From Selaginella moellendorffii (taxonomy: Eukaryota > Plantae > Lycopodiophyta): a DNA stretch of 64,000 nucleotides. This document shows, piece after piece, positions 61,540-64,000 of the stretch (positions within the stretch are counted from its first letter, which is position 1; each line of letters starts with the position of its first letter). The notes beneath the pieces were generated by a model that worked only from the letters and a program-made list of their open reading frames with translations, ran no database searches and had not been told where the DNA came from. The stretch spans positions 655,316 through 719,315 of the forward strand of contig NW_003314291.1 in the NCBI RefSeq assembly GCF_000143415.4, written 5' to 3'. A program made the translations under genes and the position numbers.

Positions 61540-62370
61540 ATGGAACACGAAATCTCCAACTTTTATGTCGGAGGTACCGCGGGCTACTACGAAAAGCCAT
61601 CACTTTCAAACCTCGAGACAGCAAAGAACCTGTTTCAGCAGCTCCTGGTAAGCCGGAGTGTCGCGGCCGAAGCAAGTAAGATATGGAACAACCTGGGCTT
61701 CTCTCTGAAAACAATCGTTGACGGAGAAATGGAGTTCGCAGTTGTCTCAGAGTCTCCAAAGCACAGGGGACAAGGGAACGGCTTCTACGTCGTGAAGCTT
61801 CTTCCGAAGAAACGCCAGCCAAATGCCACGCCGCAGGGGAATATCGTTCTACAAGCCATGCACACTCCTTCGGATCTTCACATCCACAAGGTGGCATTCA
61901 AGCTGCTCATGGAAAGCAGCCTCTTCATAGCAGCGGCCTGGAACACCACGCACAGGAGAAACGTCGACCTTGGCAAAGAAGCCATGTCATATTTCAACTC
62001 GTTCACGGCTGCTGTGGCGAGAAGCTTCCCGAAGCCGAGAATCATCCAGCTCCATGCCTTCGACGCGACCTCTCACAAGATCAAGGGAGACATGATACTC
62101 AGCTCCTCCAAATCACAGGCCTCGGTCGGCGATGACGAGCAGTATCAGAGAGTCGTGTCCCGGATGAGAGCAGAGCTGGCGAAGTTCGTGATCCTTCACT
62201 TCCCAAAGGATGTCAAAGAGCTGGGTGGTACTCTCAACGTAAACGCCAAAGTTTTCTACGAGAACAATCCCAGGGGGCTCTTCTTCCACGTCGAGATGAG
62301 CATGCCTCTGCGGCTGGATATGAGAGACAAGCCGGAGGCAAGGAGCGGCTTCATCCGAAGCTTTCTCTAA
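61540..62370 (+). CDS. Intronless bacterial-type protein, poly-gamma-glutamate hydrolase / Zn-peptidase-like fold
   Basis: 276-aa open frame with LQAMH, IIQLHAF, ELGGTLN and FFHVEMSMPLR, spaced like the APH / lHG / LaG..N / QLEls..lR motifs of the PghP-like family. Confidence 0.6.
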   Translation: MEHEISNFYVGGTAGYYEKPSLSNLETAKNLFQQLLVSRSVAAEASKIWNNLGFSLKTIVDGEMEFAVVSESPKHRGQGNGFYVVKLLPKKRQPNATPQGNIVLQAMHTPSDLHIHKVAFKLLMESSLFIAAAWNTTHRRNVDLGKEAMSYFNSFTAAVARSFPKPRIIQLHAFDATSHKIKGDMILSSSKSQASVGDDEQYQRVVSRMRAELAKFVILHFPKDVKELGGTLNVNAKVFYENNPRGLFFHVEMSMPLRLDMRDKPEARSGFIRSFL

Positions 62371-63128
62371 CACGAAGGTACAGAGTTTCATTTTTTTTTT
62401 CTTTCTGGGATTCCCTAACTAACTGAACTGTTCATTTCAGCCAGCTAGGAAGAATCATCTTGTAAGCAATTTGGTCAACATTTTCGTTGGCCAATCTAAA
62501 ATCACGTGTCCAAGGTTGATTTTCCTTTCGTTCCTTGTTTTTGGTTGCACTTATGCAGTACGAGCACGGACCTAGCTAAAGCATCTTGCTCGAGAACGAA
62601 AATGCTTATCAGAAACAGCTAGTCTAGAACTAGATAATCTCGAGCAGAACTCACCAAGAACTTCTCAGAGTTTCCATGTGACGGATTTGTCTCTTAGCAC
62701 TGACAATAAGGATCTCTCTCTCTCTCTGTTTTTTTTTCTTTTGCAGTGATCCTATCCTTTTCTCGACCACCTCGAGCAGTATAGGCCTGGGCTGAAGAGT
62801 TCTGATATTGATCAAACCATCAACGACTGTGACGGTTTGTTTTCATTTCGTGAATTTTTAAAGTTCTGACATCTTTGCATGATAGGCGGAGCTAAGAACA
62901 CGCAGCTTTGAGCAGAATACAGCACGACAATGTGACAGGCATGTTTTGCTTTTGTGCTGTCGCTCCATTTAACACGAACGCGATTGAACACTATATAACA
63001 AGTTTTTTTTTCTCTTAACAGAAGCAAGGAAAAAAAAAATGAGCGATGTACAACAGTTGCTCGCGAGAACAAAGGTAAAGCAAGACTTACTTCCGAAAAA
63101 TACAGTGCTTACGTGAACTTCTTGTGTT

Positions 63129-63541
63129 TCAGCATTGATCCGAGGTCCACTCGACTGGGAACTTCTGAGGGCCAAACCCGGGAAGTGTCGTCCATTTTAC
63201 TGGCACCCAGAACTCCAGAGTCCTCAGCATTACGCTCCATTGCCTCCATAACGATTCCTCCTCCATAACCACCCATTTTGTGTCAGCGACCTTCTCCAAA
63301 AGTGCCAGCCTCACTTGCTGCGTCCGAACCTTGACGTCCCGAATGACTGCGTGAGCAAACTCCCCACCTTTTCCACTCCCTTTGACAATCACAACGTCGC
63401 CTTTAACTGGCCAAGGCGGAATGCATGGCTGGTTCCTGGCCTTGAGTAGCGTTCTCGCATGTCCAGCCACAGGCCCGCCACTGAGACCCCAGGCGTTGAA
63501 ACTTACATCGTCCCCTGGTTTTAAAAACCACTTTAGAAACT
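63129..63541 (-). CDS. Hypothetical exon with an SH3/KOW-like beta domain
   Basis: Open frame with KGDVVIVKG...AHAVIRDV...VRLALL...W; no ATG of its own. Confidence 0.35.
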
Positions 63542-64000
63542 CTGAAACTCTGGAGGCCAAAAAACAAACTCGTTCTTACCGGCACGATCACCGACCGGGC
63601 CACCGAACGGTTGTAACGATCCTTCTTCCTGGGAGATGGCGCTTGCGAGCGCTGCAAGTTTATCTTTGATCCTGGAGGCTGCTGTTGCTGGCTGAATCGG
63701 CAGTCTGCTAAGTTGAGGTATCTTTGGCTCGACCACACCCTCTAGCATTTGTACTATTCTGCTCATCTTCGGTCGCTGTACAGGGTCCTCTTGAATGCAG
63801 CACAGCGCTGTTCGGATTGACCGCTTCGCATCGTCTCCGTAAAAGTACTCGATTTCCTCCTGGAGGCGGTCGTCAACCAGTTCTAGTGTTCGGCCTTCTT
63901 CCACCATGCGGACGGCCCAGGCCGGTAAGTACCACTGCTCCGAGCCTTTGGTTAAGTCGATTGTCTCCCGTCCACAGATGAGCTCCAGCAACACCATACC
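63533..64000 (-). CDS. C-terminal part of a receptor-like kinase (5' part outside the window)
   Basis: GMVLLELICGR...WYLPAWA...LVDDRL...ALCCIQEDPVQRPKMSRIVQMLEG (kinase subdomains IX-XI). Confidence 0.9.
   Translation of the reverse strand, partial: GMVLLELICGRETIDLTKGSEQWYLPAWAVRMVEEGRTLELVDDRLQEEIEYFYGDDAKRSIRTALCCIQEDPVQRPKMSRIVQMLEGVVEPKIPQLSRLPIQPATAASRIKDKLAALASAISQEEGSLQPFGGPVGDRAGKNEFVFWPPEFQSF

Overview
Eukaryotic nuclear DNA from a plant. The compact genes, ~50-60 bp introns, CCCTAAA telomere-type repeats and a FAM228-like ciliary gene point to a flagellated-sperm land plant, probably Selaginella (inference). Bases 1-24.4 kb are a nested transposon pile. It includes a large DNA element with a DUF7869/Sola1-like DDD transposase gene and a divergently transcribed ParB/Srx-fold gene. 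About 20 copies of a 22-bp palindrome (ATGGCRTGWGGCCWCAYGCCAT) are scattered through that element, and I saw none elsewhere in the window. The pile also holds a young, apparently non-coding LTR element with a GATCC target-site duplication (TSD), other related LTRs and a decayed MULE/SWIM element. The gene-rich part carries an SD-2-type receptor kinase, a Kelch/Crinkler-like fusion, a class III peroxidase, a LEA, a FAM228-like gene and an ATAF-type NAC. It also carries glutamine-dependent NAD synthetase plus a partial pseudocopy, a photolyase-hydrolase fusion, an intronless bacterial-type poly-gamma-glutamate-hydrolase-like ORF and the end of a second receptor kinase. A second decayed transposon block lies at ~36.6-44.6 kb. 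All domain calls come from reading motifs by eye; no searches were run.
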